A stretch of DNA of 62,855 nucleotides, filler included, from Nemertoderma westbladi (taxonomy: Eukaryota > Animalia > Xenacoelomorpha), in assembly GCA_032718475.1 (NCBI GenBank). It is 4 parts of 4 records of this genome, joined end to end, with 100 filler letters (N's around TTAATTAATTAA, not from the genome) between each part and the next. Parts side by side here need not be neighbours in the genome. Positions count along the whole stretch, not along the records: positions 50,450 to 62,855 come from JAUCBJ010006214.1; 3 more parts are not named here. One strand, written 5' to 3'. Positions 50,450 to 62,855 of this stretch are shown piece by piece. The translations under genes were made by a program, and so were the position numbers. The notes beneath the pieces were generated by a model. It did not search any database, had not been told where the DNA came from, and saw only the letters and a program-made list of their open reading frames with translations. Numbering within the stretch: position 1 is the stretch's first letter; each line of letters opens with the position of its first letter.

Positions 50450-53400
50450 AATGTACGTTTATAGTTCAACCAGAAATCATCAATCTGATATCAATGGGGA
50501 TGATCTAACAAATGTCATGTATGATAGGGAATTGTGGAGCTGTGGTGGTGTAATTTTGTCAACAAGCCGGCACAGCAATCTTAAACATGCAGCTGCAATG
50601 CATCATGCTGATACTAGTAGTATCAAACTGATAAATGCAAATAAGTGCAAATCCAATTTAAGACAGAGTTGGTGCACTTAAAATTTTGGGGAACATCAAG
50701 TTTTTATCTCAATAGCGAATATGAAACCTGCATTTAAAAAAACTTTAGAGGTATGTTGTACACTTTAAAATTTTAAAAGTTTAAAATACTTATGTAGGCA
50801 GACGATGGATATTAATAATAATTCAGTTTTGACAAGTAGAATGTCAACAAAACAATAACAATTAAATTTGTAATTTGATTTTGACAAATTTCTTAATGAA
50901 GCCCTTAATTCTTAATGAAGTCCTTAATTGAATTTTTTTACAAAGAAAGATGGAGTCCCCATCAAGACAATCTGCAGGAAACTCAAAACTTATATGCTAA
51001 ATGTCATAAAATGATCCTCCAATATCCACCAACCAATCATGCTTATGGTATATAATGTCATTTGTTAGCAACAGTATCAGAGACAAAGTATTGTTCACTT
51101 TCAAATGCATGTGAAAGAAGTAAACTGACTGCATTTTTCTTGAGATGCAAATCGAAAAAAAAAGAAACTGCTTCATTGTTTATGAAAGTCTTTGTCTCTA
51201 AGTAGTATGTGACACATTTTGCTGATGATTGGTAATCATCGTTTTTATAGGATTCTTAAAGTTCTGGGCTTTGTGAATAGTTTTCTTGTAATACAGCATA
51301 CTGCCACAATGGACCGTACCCGAGTATGAGCTCTGTATAATGATCCAAAAAATAGTGCTTTAGCTTTATTGAAAGCAATGAATATAATGTAACTTATGGT
51401 CACGAATAAGTAATCAGTATTACAAGACTGGTTTGAAATGTATTAGATGCAAAACTCTCTCTGTAATTTATCTGTGTGACAAAATAACATACCATAATGG
51501 ACTTCTAATTTCGTCAATTTTCTGTTCAATAATTACTGAGAATAACTTCAATAATGTTCGAATCTTAGCTGCAGTACCTGACGATATGGTTGTAGTGGCT
51601 GTGAGTGATGATTAGGTTGTAGTGGCTGTGAGTGATGATTATGGTTTATTTCTTTTGTCATTTGTTTTGTATCTCAAGTTAGTTATCCATATCTTTTATT
51701 TCAACCAAGAAAACCCCATTCATAAGTCTTGCAATTGCCTTAAAAACTTCACTAAGTTCGAGTGGAGCAATTCCCTCCAGATTATCATGCATGGGGTCTG
51801 GATGAAGTGGTAGCATTAAAGATGAAAGTTTATTAAATGGACATTCAGATTTTACACCATAAGAGTCTGCATCTTATGCTACCTGTAGACTACATTCAGG
51901 CAGTAGCTCTGTAGCTATATAGTTAATTGCTAATACTATAATCCTAATACTAATCTATTACCCTACAAATAACTGAATAATGAACCGTAATGATGAATTA
52001 TCATAAGTGGGAATAACCCACGTATTTCGATTTTCAACAGTACGGGTACCGGTACTGATTCGGGTCGAGGTCATGGGCGTGGGTGGGGCCGCCGAGGGCG
52101 ATTCCACCCATACACTGTCCCCCTTGCCACAGGAAACGCTTCCGCCGACGTGGTACCCGCCACTCCTACCGGTGCCGCCAGCACCACCTCCACCAAAGGT
52201 GGACGCGCAGGAGAAGGAGAAACATACATTTCTACCTACAGTCCTGAACACAAAGCAGTACTTCTATCCTGAATATTCAGAATATCCTGAAAATTGCATG
52301 CCATGCAGTACCTGCAATCTGCATGGATATAGCACATTGGGACTAAAGCATTCATTAAAGCCACCAATCATGTGAGCTGAGCACCCAAATTATCTGAAGA
52401 AAAGTGAAGAAAATTTTAGATTTTTAAAAAAACCATTTTCAAGTTTTATTAGGTCATTGACAAGAGGTTCAAGAACACTTTACAAACCATACAGTTTAAT
52501 AAAGGTTGACCTGAATATGAGGCCAATCTGGATTGATTTCATAGTCGACTGAAACTGAGCATGTAAACTAAGTAAACACCAGTAAATGTATGTTGTTCCA
52601 AATGGATTTGTTGTACAAAATTCAAGATAATGGAGAGTGGCACTGAAAATATGCATTTTCATGCAAGTACATGCCTGTTTGAAAATTAAAAGGTTCAAAT
52701 GACACCCCCTTCGATGTTTTGTTATTGTTTTCCATCTGTTTCATCGCTTAGCAAATTAATTCATAAATCACCATATCCATATCAGAAATGTAACCACTAT
52801 GATATTTTGTTATATGAGAAGAACAATAGTTTTTGTCTTCACATCTGGGACTTCACTCGCCATTTGATGGCGAGTTCCTGGAGGTTGATGTTTTGTTGAC
52901 AGTTTTCAACTCTTAAATAACAGTTCTGAAGCAGCCAGCCAATCGCAATGAAGTTATCATGCAAGTTATCTAAGAAACTGGTTTGATTAAAAGTAATAAC
53001 AATTTATCATGAATAATTGATGGTGAAATTGACAAACACAGCATAACAATCTGCATAACTTATCTGTATTAATAGATGTGTTACACCATAATTAAAACAT
53101 GGTTAAATGAAATACGGTCAGTGGTAACAGTTGATTATTTACACATTTGTTTAAAGGCAAAATAATATATAATAATAATACTATTAATAATATATCTTAA
53201 TATCATTACTCAAATATTTTGGGGTTAAACAATTAATTTTAAAGGAACCATTTTTGATAATTCAGTAAAAATAATATATAAAAAGTAATACAATAAAAAA
53301 AATAAAAGTAAAACAATTTTGCCAAAAACCATTTAAATTTAACACGTTGTTAATATGGTGTATTCATGGCTTTTATTCTTTTTCAAAAAGCAAATTGAAG

Positions 53401-53589
53401 CAAATTTTTCATTTTTTTATAGAGTAAGTTTACAATGATTGTAAAAAAATATCTAATTGAGAAGTCAAATGCAAAATGGATGGACGGGTTTTTTTTATCA
53501 GTGAAAGCGAATGTATTGCTCCACCAACTACCCCACAATAATTCCCATATACTTCCTGTGCAATACTTCCCAAATAATCAGAACTGCTA

Positions 53590-54510
53590 ACTTTATCAGC
53601 CAAACGAAGTTTAGAGATCGATGAAGCTTCTGAAAGTACAAAGCATCATCGTGTGCAAGAAATTAAATCCAACTATGAAACTTCTGCATTATTTGCAGCC
53701 ACGGCATCTATTTACCAAAACGAAGGAATGAAACGAGCATCATTGACTATTAAATTCATCCCAGAAACTGAAGCATCTAATTGTGGTGAACAAACATCAT
53801 TGATATTATCGCCCAATGATCTAATCGCTCTTGCCTTAATTATGAATGGAAAACATAATTAATATGGGTTGGTTTTCATTAAATAATTTAATACCAATAA
53901 TAAATAATAATGAATAAAAATAAATCAATATATCAATTGCTGCATAATCAATCCATGTCAAAATCAGTAAACTTATATCCGGCTTACAAACACATTAAAA
54001 AAGCCAAAGAATTGTGCTATTCGGAAAATCGCCAAGTTGTAGACTACAATATATGTTATCTTGATGTGTGACTAAATCTATATTATTGTGTTTAATTCTG
54101 CAATCAAAAGTAGTTTTTGATGGCTGCAGCTCAGCTACAAGTAACTCCCAAGTAATAAAGATGATATGGAAGACTCAAGTTTATTTGTTATTTCAGCACC
54201 ACTCAAACTGATGGAAGACTCAAGTTTATTTGTTACTTGAATACCACTCAAACTGAGAGGCTATTGTGATTCATATTAGAAAGTAATTGTTTGGCACAAC
54301 AATCATCCACCATCATCTTAATACAAAAGTTAATGTTGATGGAGACATTTTGGGAATAAAACACTTTGTTTAAATGGAAAAATGTATATGAACTTATGAC
54401 TGAATCTTCTCAAAGCTGTACGTACTCTCTGTGGATCAATGCCATCCCATATCGCTTAATTACAAATTACGTTCACTAACATTATTTGACCTGGGCTTTC
54501 CACACTATCC
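53590..54510 (+). pseudogene. Degenerate Transib (RAG1-like) transposase
   Basis: Collinear fragments SESTKHHRVQEIK...ALFAA...EGMKRASLTIK, LSPNDLIALAL, LYPAYKHIKKAKELCY, FDGCS, EDSSLFVISAPLKL, IVWHN and GLSTL match Transib transposase motifs as I recall them. Confidence 0.7.
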
Positions 54511-56204
54511 CAGTGGGTTAGATTTTTCGAATACCTACTTATATATCTTATAATATTCCGATCAAGAAATGGTCCACAAAAACAAAGCATTATGATACGC
54601 AAAACACTAATGATTTAAGTTGCAACAAAGTTTTATTACGGTAAATAAATAATAGAAACAGTACTGGTGATTAGGTTCCATCGCTGTGATGGCTTACAAT
54701 GAGAGTGAAAATACCGTGTTGAGTGAGGATGAGTTACTGAGTTGGGCCTTAGAGGAAGATAGAAAGAAGGATATTGTGAGTAGATCAACCAGCAGGAAAG
54801 ATATGGAGAAACGGAGCCGAAAGAAACGGAAGGGAAGTAAGAAGGGAAAGAAGAAGGGAAAGTGGTGTAGGTCTAGGAGTTGCCGAGGTAAAGGAAGTCG
54901 GTCTGAAGTCGTTGAGGAAAGGGGAAGAAAGGAAAGAAGATGAAGGGAAGATCGAAAAGTCGGGGGAAGAAAGGAGTAGGAAAGTCTCGATCAAGGGGCC
55001 TTGGAGTAAGAGCCGAGGGGAAAAGTCTTGCCAGTCAGGGAAAACTTGATCCGTGCAGCAAGTTTATGAAGAAGTTGGTAAAGGAGGAGATGAAACTGAA
55101 CTAATTATTCCTCCTCGAGATAATTGATTTAAAAACAATTGTTTTTTTTAGCTATGGCCTATGGGCATGTAGGATTATATTTATATTTAATCATTGCTAG
55201 GGAGAGAGAGTAATTGACAGATTCAGTACAGTTACTAAGAAATATAATTTATTTACCCCGAGTGGGGGTGTATCTATAAAAAAAACAAAAAAAACAAAGC
55301 ATTAAAGAAGGCGGAAATGATTTTCACGGGAGAAGAGTTCAACAATAATTTCGTAGAAGACTCAGTCTTATAGATGATTGTTCAAATTCAGGGGGTCTTA
55401 AAACACCATTGATGGTAATAATTATCGTAGAATATTCCAGAATGAACCTTAATCTTGTGAGATATTACGAATAGTTGCATTATTGTTGTTAGTGTTTATT
55501 TATAAAGATATTATAAATAAACACTGGATATGTAATTAAACAAATTCAATAACAAAATATTAGTATTGGATTATTTATATATTCTAGAATATTAATTTGC
55601 TTTTTATCGATACTAATTAATAAAATAACACTTAATTACCATGTATATATTATAGATATGAAACTAATTAAACTAATTTGGGCAAACTATAGAGCCAATA
55701 AAACAACAACAAATTTGGACTAACTATGGACCTAAAAATAACAACAAAATTGGACAGACTATAGAACCGATAAAACAACATATTTTGACAAACATTATGT
55801 TCACTATTGTATCATTATAGAGAAAATAACAACAGAAAAAGCAACAATAAAATTGGACAAACTATATATTTTGACAAACTACAGCATACAGTATGTTCAC
55901 TATCGTAGCATTAAAAAGAAAACCACAACAGAATAGGACTACAACAATTTAGGAGAAACTAAAGAAAAACAAGTAGAGCAACAACATTTAGACGACAGTA
56001 AATCAGCAGTCTGGTCTAGAGTTGCCCTGTCTCTCCCTGTACGCCTCCATTTCGCCTAAGCCGAAAGATTCTGGCATGCGGAGGCATTGCTGATCTGAAC
56101 GCAGATCCAAATTCGTTGGGGAAATTCATTGGCACGTTTGTTTCCTGTGCTACTCTCAATGCGTCTACCAACCTCTCAGAGAAATGCCAAGGAGCATTGC
56201 CCAA

Positions 56205-56500
56205 TACTACTACTACTAGGATCGGCATGCTGCATTGCAGCTGCATTTCTAAGAATTTTGTGCCGGCTTGTTGACAAAATTGCACCGCCACAACTCCCTA
56301 TCACCCATGACATTTGCTAGATCATCCGCATCTTCAAGCCGTGTCCTTTAAGATGCGTCTCAAGAAAGCCATGGGCTGTCCACCATGCGTATTCACTCCA
56401 TGAGCCTGCCAAAGTACAAGATTATGCACTTGCTGGTCCTCACAGCGAAAGCGATGTCCTGCAAAGCAGAGGCGATTTTGTTCTAGTGTCAAGCTTGGGG
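56205..56500 (-). mobile_element. RTE-like LINE 3' end with (TAG)n tail
   Basis: Minus-strand ...FAGHRFR...DADDLANVMGDRELWR, followed by the tail family seen at 3181-3277. Confidence 0.75.
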
Positions 56501-56859
56501 GAACCAATGAGACACCTCCAATGCTATATAGTGTCTGGTTTTGTTTAATAGCCGTATATTTATTATTAAAGCTTGTAAAAACAGCTGATGCACATCAGAT
56601 CGCATAGCAACCACCACCAACAACCAGACAAATATACACTGTTAAATTAATACTACAGTTAGTATATGATACTGTCTGACTGTCCTCCAAACTTGGAGGG
56701 TTGTTATCCACAGTCGCCTACGCCGGGTTGCAGTCGGCATTGCTGTGGATGATCGGTCTGGTTGGAGATGTGTGCATTGTACTTGATACAATGAACCCGG
56801 CGTAGCATTCTTGTGAATGTGCCATCCAGAGATTTGGTGTCCTCAGCAGTTAGAGCCCA

Positions 56860-57612
56860 GCATGGACTCCCATAGAGGAGTACTGGAACTACTGCTGCTC
56901 TAAATAATCAGACCTTAAGTTTCTGATTAATCCGCAGCAAGGCAGATTTCATTGTTCTGCTAGCACGCAGACTAAGTCTTACCTTGGCCACAATAAGGTG
57001 GTGATCACTGGAGAAGGGTCGAAGTGTAAATGCATTACAGTCTTGTATTGAGCTCCTGTATTTCCTACGAAACAGGATATGGTCTCACACTTGGCTGTTG
57101 CAACAGAGAGGACCAGTCATGCCGCGGCAAGACAGATTTCGTTGTTCTGCTAGCATGCAGACTAAGTCTTACCTTGGCCAAAATAAGGCGGTGATCACTG
57201 GAGAAGGGTCGTAGTGTAAATGCATTACAGTCTTGTATAGAGCTCCTGTATTTCCTACGAAACAGGATATGGTCTATCTGGGACTTGTGACCACTGGGTC
57301 CACTATGAGTCCATAGCTTTCCAGTTCGCTTCTTGAACTGGGTTCCAGCCGAAAACAATCCATTTCCAGAGATAAAATCCTGAAGATGGACAGAATTTCG
57401 GTTAACACTATTGCTATAGACCCAGGGCGATGTAGGTGATTGATGCAGACTTGCATTAAAGTCTCCCATGAATGTTAAGAATGCATGCTGATCCATTCCA
57501 TCAGTAGCTGCTTGTAGATTCTGGTAGAAATTTTCCACCTCCTCTACAGGGGCAACACTAGTTGGAGAGTAGCACACAATCAGAACCACCTTAGGAAACT
57601 TCTTAGCCAGTA
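56860..57612 (-). pseudogene. RTE-like APE endonuclease fragment with internal duplication
   Basis: VCYSPT, MGDFNA, WTH...SQIDHIL, SDHRLI motifs; 56940-57085 duplicates 57132-57273. Confidence 0.8.
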
Positions 57613-57614
57613 CC

Positions 57615-57814
57615 AATACCCCCAGGGTTTCAAAAGCAACTGGTTGCACAATATAACTATAAGATAGCCCCTTGTACTTATCGAGCTTTCTAGCTTCTGC
57701 CAGGTCTGCAACTGAAGCTCCATCTAGTCCAGCAGAATATGAATAAGAGGTAGCCAATCTGTGTGTACACGTGAAGTCCCACACCCGGGGCTTCCCTCTA
57801 TTCCAATGCAGCAA
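57615..57814 (-). pseudogene. CRE-like non-LTR restriction-like endonuclease C-terminal fragment
   Basis: W.RGK..VWDFTC...LA.SY...AEARK..KY..L...PVAFETLG. Confidence 0.7.
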
Positions 57815-58159
57815 TGTAGAATTCCTGCCCCATTTTGGCTGTCCTGTCTGGGTTTTAACTATGATCTCTATGGGGAGTAATTGTCAATAAATAATAATAA
57901 TAATATGGGACAACGAAACCGAAATATTGTAACATGAACAAATTGTCACGGCTTCCACCGTAAACTATGACTTAACCACCACCCATTCCATGAACTATCG
58001 CCCAACTGTATCTGTAAATTCTGTGGAAACAGGTGTATCGACTGCTACCATGCACTGTCCTGTTCTGACACTCCTACACTATACATAATACACTACATTC
58101 ATGTTCTATACAATCATATTCTACAATCAAGTCCAATCAAGTCTACGTCGGGTATTTAC

Positions 58160-58395
58160 TGGTCCAGTTGGGTGTCTCCCAAGTCCAGATTGGGTGTTCC
58201 CAAGTCAGCATCAGGTATCCCCAAGTCCTTGTTGGGTATTTGCAAGTCCACATTGGGTGTCCCAAAGTCAATATCGTTTGCCCCAAGTCCACATGTTAGT
58301 GTCCCCAAGTCCAAGCCAGGTGTCCCCATGTCCACGTCAGGTATTCTCAATTCCATATTGGGAGTCGACCCAATATGGACTTGAGGTGTCCCCCC
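58160..58395. repeat. Degenerate ~21-bp minisatellite (ggtgtccccaagtc core)
   Basis: Periodic ccaagtc motif. Confidence 0.8.
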
Positions 58396-58997
58396 TGAAG
58401 TCTACCTCAGTGGGATGTTGGAGACAAATCGCTCCAGTGGAGTAGATAGTGTCCTCCCTGCGGTCTTTAAAATACTGTTTACAATACAAGTTTAAAATAC
58501 AAGTCAACATTAGGTGTCCCCAAGTCAAATCAGGAGTACCCTAGTCAGTGTCTGGGACATTTCTTGCATATTTTATATATATATATATACATATAAGCTT
58601 TATGTAGCATTATGCATAACAGTTTATAGTCCCAGTCCTAATATTTATGCAAAGAAAACGCATTATGTGTCATTGTTTTTTTTTTATTTATTTAAACTTA
58701 TATCTATATATATTGTTTGACATTCAGGTAATAATGAGTAATGTTAGAGACAATAAAATAATAGAGTACGATCAATTAATTTAAAGTAAATTAACAGTCA
58801 AATAATTATTAGGACCGTATAAAATAATAATAAAGTAATTCAACTACTGTAATACTGTATACCGCAATGAAGTAAATGAAGCAATAATGATGGATCCAAT
58901 AACGAGTTTAAAGAAAACAGGTAGAATGTGGGAACGTGCAATACAATAACATATCAAGAGAAATAACAAAAAATAAGTTACGTAAAGAAGGGGGGCT

Positions 58998-59860
58998 TTA
59001 ATGGTGAAGATTATGATGGGGGCCCAGATCTGGAATAAGCCGCGGGTCATCAATAGAAGATGGTGGCATAGCTTGAAGAAATCTATGTCCTCTCAGACAT
59101 ATGCCTAGTGATCTCACCAGACTACATGAGATCCTGCAACGCCCACAGTGCGATACAGCTGCATAAGTGGAGCCTCTCTTCTCCAAAAGGAGACCTGCCA
59201 GATGTGCCATGAAACAGCTGCACTCTGGCCCTGCTGCACCACCAGTCGAAAACACTAAAGGGGTAAAGGAGGCACGCTCGACATTTATAATTCTATCATT
59301 GTAGGACCGGCGCTTCTCCCCTTTGTGGCTCTTAAGAATAGAGTCTATAGGAGAGGAGAGATATGATGTTGCATTCGGGTAAAATACACGAACATCGAAA
59401 AAAGATTTGGAGAAGCATCCCCAAAACCCCCTTGCCGAAATATCCACACGAGCTTCACTGGATGTGTTAGCTGAACCTGGGAATAGGACCTCACCCGTTA
59501 TGGGTTGCAGTTTTGGCTCCAATGCTACGCTCCTCATGCAAGAGATTGGCCAGTAGATGGCGAACTTCATTGTGGCGTAATGCTATAAAGCTGCCTTTCT
59601 TGCAAGATAGAGCGTGGTTGGGTGTAAAAGAGGCAGAACAGACACAGGAGGATGGTATGCCAAATATAGGGAGGTTGTATCGTAGTGCGATTGCATCTGG
59701 AAAATCGGATTTGTTTAGGGCAAAACCTTCATACTCTAATGGAAGAGGGGTCAACCATGATGAAGTGCCCGGGCGCGATGCATGGTCAAGAGCACGTGCC
59801 ATTAGTGGATCACAAGAGTCCTTGATGATGGCTGCTTTGGTGTTCCAAAGCTGTATACTA
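58998..59860 (-). pseudogene. CRE-clade non-LTR retrotransposon C-terminus (CCHC region and restriction-like endonuclease), frameshifted
   Basis: SSWLTPLP...LRY...CVC...HALSCKKG...RHNEVR, then EPKLQP...ARVDISARGFW...FFDVRVF...EKRRSY...SFTPLVFS. Confidence 0.85.
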
Positions 59861-59865
59861 ACAAT

Positions 59866-60552
59866 TAGCTGACAATAAGCTATCCATCCATTACAGTAAG
59901 ACTGAAAGTATTTTATTTGGTTCCAAAAGAAAGTTAAAGAAGGTAACTAAGTTTGAAGTCACTAGTAATGGCATGAGATTGAAAATGAAAAGGAAGTTAA
60001 ATAGTTAGGTGCCACATTGGATAACTGCTTATCAGGAGACTTCAAACTTCTACCTCCCGAATTGTAAATCCTTCGAATCTGATACTTTCTTTTTTAACGG
60101 CATTAAAAATTGGAACGCTCTGCCTAATGAAATTAAAAACCTAGATAATCAACATTCTTTTAAATCTGCAGTTAAATCTCTCCTCCATGTGCAATGTAAA
60201 AATAGGTACAATAGTCCTACAGTAAGTTATTAGTTTATTAATTATTTACTATTTATACTGTAATTACGTTTTATAATAAATTGTTCTGTACATTACATCT
60301 TTATCGTTGAGTCGGGCATTGTCACGCTCTCAGTAAAGTTGTACATGTACATAGTGTTATTACGTTTTATATTGGTTTTAGGTTAGCGTAGTGTAATATT
60401 GTATTTGTAACCAAGTAACATAAAGGACCCCCTTGGAAATAAGCTGCAAAGCTTTAGGGGTAATCCTATATGTTATGTTGGACAATACCTTTATACCGGT
60501 ACATTGTTGGTGTATTTGTTATTGTTTTTTACATAATGTATAATTAAATCTA
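59866..60552 (+). mobile_element. Second copy of the L2/CR1-group LINE seen at 518-1240, internally deleted
   Basis: 60041-60552 is nearly identical to the reverse complement of 527-1037. Upstream is an RT fragment DNKLSIH.SKTESILFGSK. Confidence 0.9.
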
Positions 60553-60589
60553 GTATAGTTCTGGTTCGAACTACCGAAGTTATGGCTTT

Positions 60590-62855
60590 TGTTAAAACCA
60601 GTATTCAAAAAACCAATATTCAATGTGTGATTAATCATATATTATCTTATATTACTGGTTTACCGGTCAGTTGTGTTATTCAGTTCAGTCAGTGCAGACC
60701 AGTCATAGTTAATGACCGCCACCGCAATACCGGTAACAATTAACTTGTATTTTCTGCTTATTATCTACTGGCGTGCTATTATCATCCATATTAATCAATA
60801 TCGAGAGACAACAGAAACTCTTACTGTTTTTCCCCAACAGCCTCGGCCAAAGCTACTAGCACGATCCCCCAGCAGAACGGTGACGCGTACATTTCTAACC
60901 CGGTCGGAATCTCTGATCCTGTCACAGTCATTAACTTCCACCTGGCAATAAACTGTGACTGCAAGAACAGAGAGAAAGAAAGATGGTGGAACAAGGGACG
61001 CCCCGAGATCCAGAGGACGCCGCCGTGGACCCCGGACGATACCAACCAAACGATCCGTGAGGCGGCGACGAGACGGTATCGGCCTGCCACGCTAGATTCG
61101 CCAACGAGAGACGATCCGGCTGCCTAAGTGGAGGGCGGCTGTCAACCACGAGAGGGAGAGGAGTCGATGCACGATGGTGGTTGGAGTACCGATGTCGCCG
61201 GCCAGCCACAGGCCGAGGGCGATGGACGGCCCACTGGAACGGCGATGATGGGGCCGCCGGTATGACGCCGGACGAGGAGAGGAGGCAGAGTCGGCGAAGA
61301 GGACGTTGGGACGAGTGATTGGCTATGACGGGCCTACAACGCCACCAAGAAACTGCTTAAGGAGGCCAAAGAAGGGAGAAAGGTAGACCAGCCTAAACTA
61401 TATCAGAGGCTAGGTGAGTCGAATAAACACTTTCACTATTTAGTCCGTTTTGGACAGGGAGAACTGGCGAGTGAGAGAGTGAGGGGGGTCGCCACCGAAC
61501 TGTTTGAATTGTGGCGATCCAGGGTAATGGAGCCTGAAGTAGTGTACGTAGGGCCTTACTTAGTGGATGCTAGGGGAATCAAGTTAGTGGGTTGGGCGGA
61601 TCCGCACAATGGCAAACCCGAGGTTAACCCCGAGGATTCGGTGTCATCGGTTAGCGAGAGCCCCAGAAAGCGGGGGAAAGTTAGTAGGACAGAGAGGCGA
61701 CGGGAGTCCGTCGCGACCGATAAGTCCGCTACATCCTCCGCAAAAGCAAGAAGGGTGTTAGAGATAGATCTGGCGTGTCAACTAGACCTTGTGGCACTGG
61801 ATCAAAGGGAGCTGGAGAGGCAACTGGAAGAGGGAACCGCGTTATTAGAGAAAGAGAGAGAGAGTTAGCGAGAGAGAATAAAGAGAGGGCTGAGAGGGTG
61901 GCGAGAAACTTTAGAGAGTGTGAGAAATAAGGGAGGACAAAGAGCAAGAGGCGAGAGAGGCAACGAGGATTGAGAGAGAGACGAACGAGCGCAAAGGGCG
62001 CGAGGAGCGGGAGGCCGAGAGAATTGAGAGGGAAACGAACGAGCGCAAAAAAAAGATGAGGGTTGAGAGGATTGCAAGAGAGGCAGAGTTGGCTGACCAA
62101 AGTATGAGGGAGGATAGAGAGAGAGAGAGGACGGGGAGACGTATGCGGGATGATATGCATACCCGGTTGAGGGGACTTATGCAATACCAGGCGAAGCAAA
62201 AGCGCCGGTTAGAACTGGCAAAGTTGGGATTATCGGAGAGTGAGACTGGTTCGGGTAGTATTTACGAGGAGTCAGGAGTAATGGAAACGTTTGTTAATAC
62301 CCCACTTACAGGCACTGGACGACAGACCCAGGACTGGTGTAACCGTACGGGCGGGGGGGGGTATTAATAATACATTAGAAGGAATTAATATTAATAGTAC
62401 CGTAGTGAGACAACCCTAACCAAACCTTTGTTCCAGGAAATTATACCTTTTACCCGGTAATAATAATATTAATTTCAAACGCACAAAATAATCCAAATAA
62501 TAATATTAATTTAAACGAACAAGATAATCCAAATAATAATTATAATTTAAACGTGCAGAGTAATCCAAATAATAATTCTAATTTAAACGTGCAGAGTAAT
62601 CCAAATAATAATCCTGATTCCGAACAAAATAATTTAAATAATTTAGATAACTTAGATAACAATATTATTGATAATGGTGCTATTAATACGAACGTAGGGG
62701 ATACAGGTGGTCCGACCAGCGAGAGCCTGCAAGGCCACGTAATTATGCAGGGAGTAGCGGGGGTGAGTCAACCAGACGGGAGCCTGCAAGGCCACGTAGT
62801 TAGGCAGGGAGTAGCGGAGGTGAGTCAACCCGACGGGAGCCTGCAAGGCCACGTA
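60590..62855 (+). mobile_element. Probable 5' part of a BEL/Pao LTR retrotransposon (candidate LTR and degenerate gag-like coiled-coil ORF)
   Basis: TGTTAAAACC start; PEDSVSSVS...SSAKARR...RELE and E/R-rich coiled coil in ORFs 61479-62367; Asn-rich repeats at 62459-62640 and 54-bp repeats at 62720-62855. LTR end and PBS are not resolved. Confidence 0.55.

Noticed and set aside
54686-55090. Lys/Arg/Ser-rich ORF as a gene
   Set aside because: Low-complexity purine-rich sequence with frameshifts and no identifiable domain or splice context.

Overview
AT-rich, transposon-dense animal (invertebrate-type) nuclear DNA made of four contigs (1-18638, 18739-32434, 32535-50349, 50450-62855) joined by artificial N44-TTAATTAATTAA-N44 linkers. 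Host genes are a two-exon carnitine acyltransferase, the first two coding exons of an LHFPL tetraspan gene, a probable last exon of a class A GPCR and an intronless RPL15. The rest is mostly Gypsy and BEL LTR pieces, RTE, L2/CR1 and CRE LINE fragments, tRNA-derived SINEs, hAT, Harbinger and Mutator-foldback MITEs with clean TSDs, a Transib transposase remnant and three Penelope-type hammerhead ribozymes. The most striking signal is a pair of diverged ~1.2 kb Gypsy LTRs (19967-21174 +, 31090-32316 -). Their distal ~600-650 nt show compensatory base changes and a terminal pseudoknot, indicating a large conserved structured RNA that I cannot assign to a known family. One LTR abuts a ~5.9 kb, very homogeneous 48-bp array that is stop-free in all three minus-strand frames. 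All alignments and folds were done by eye.
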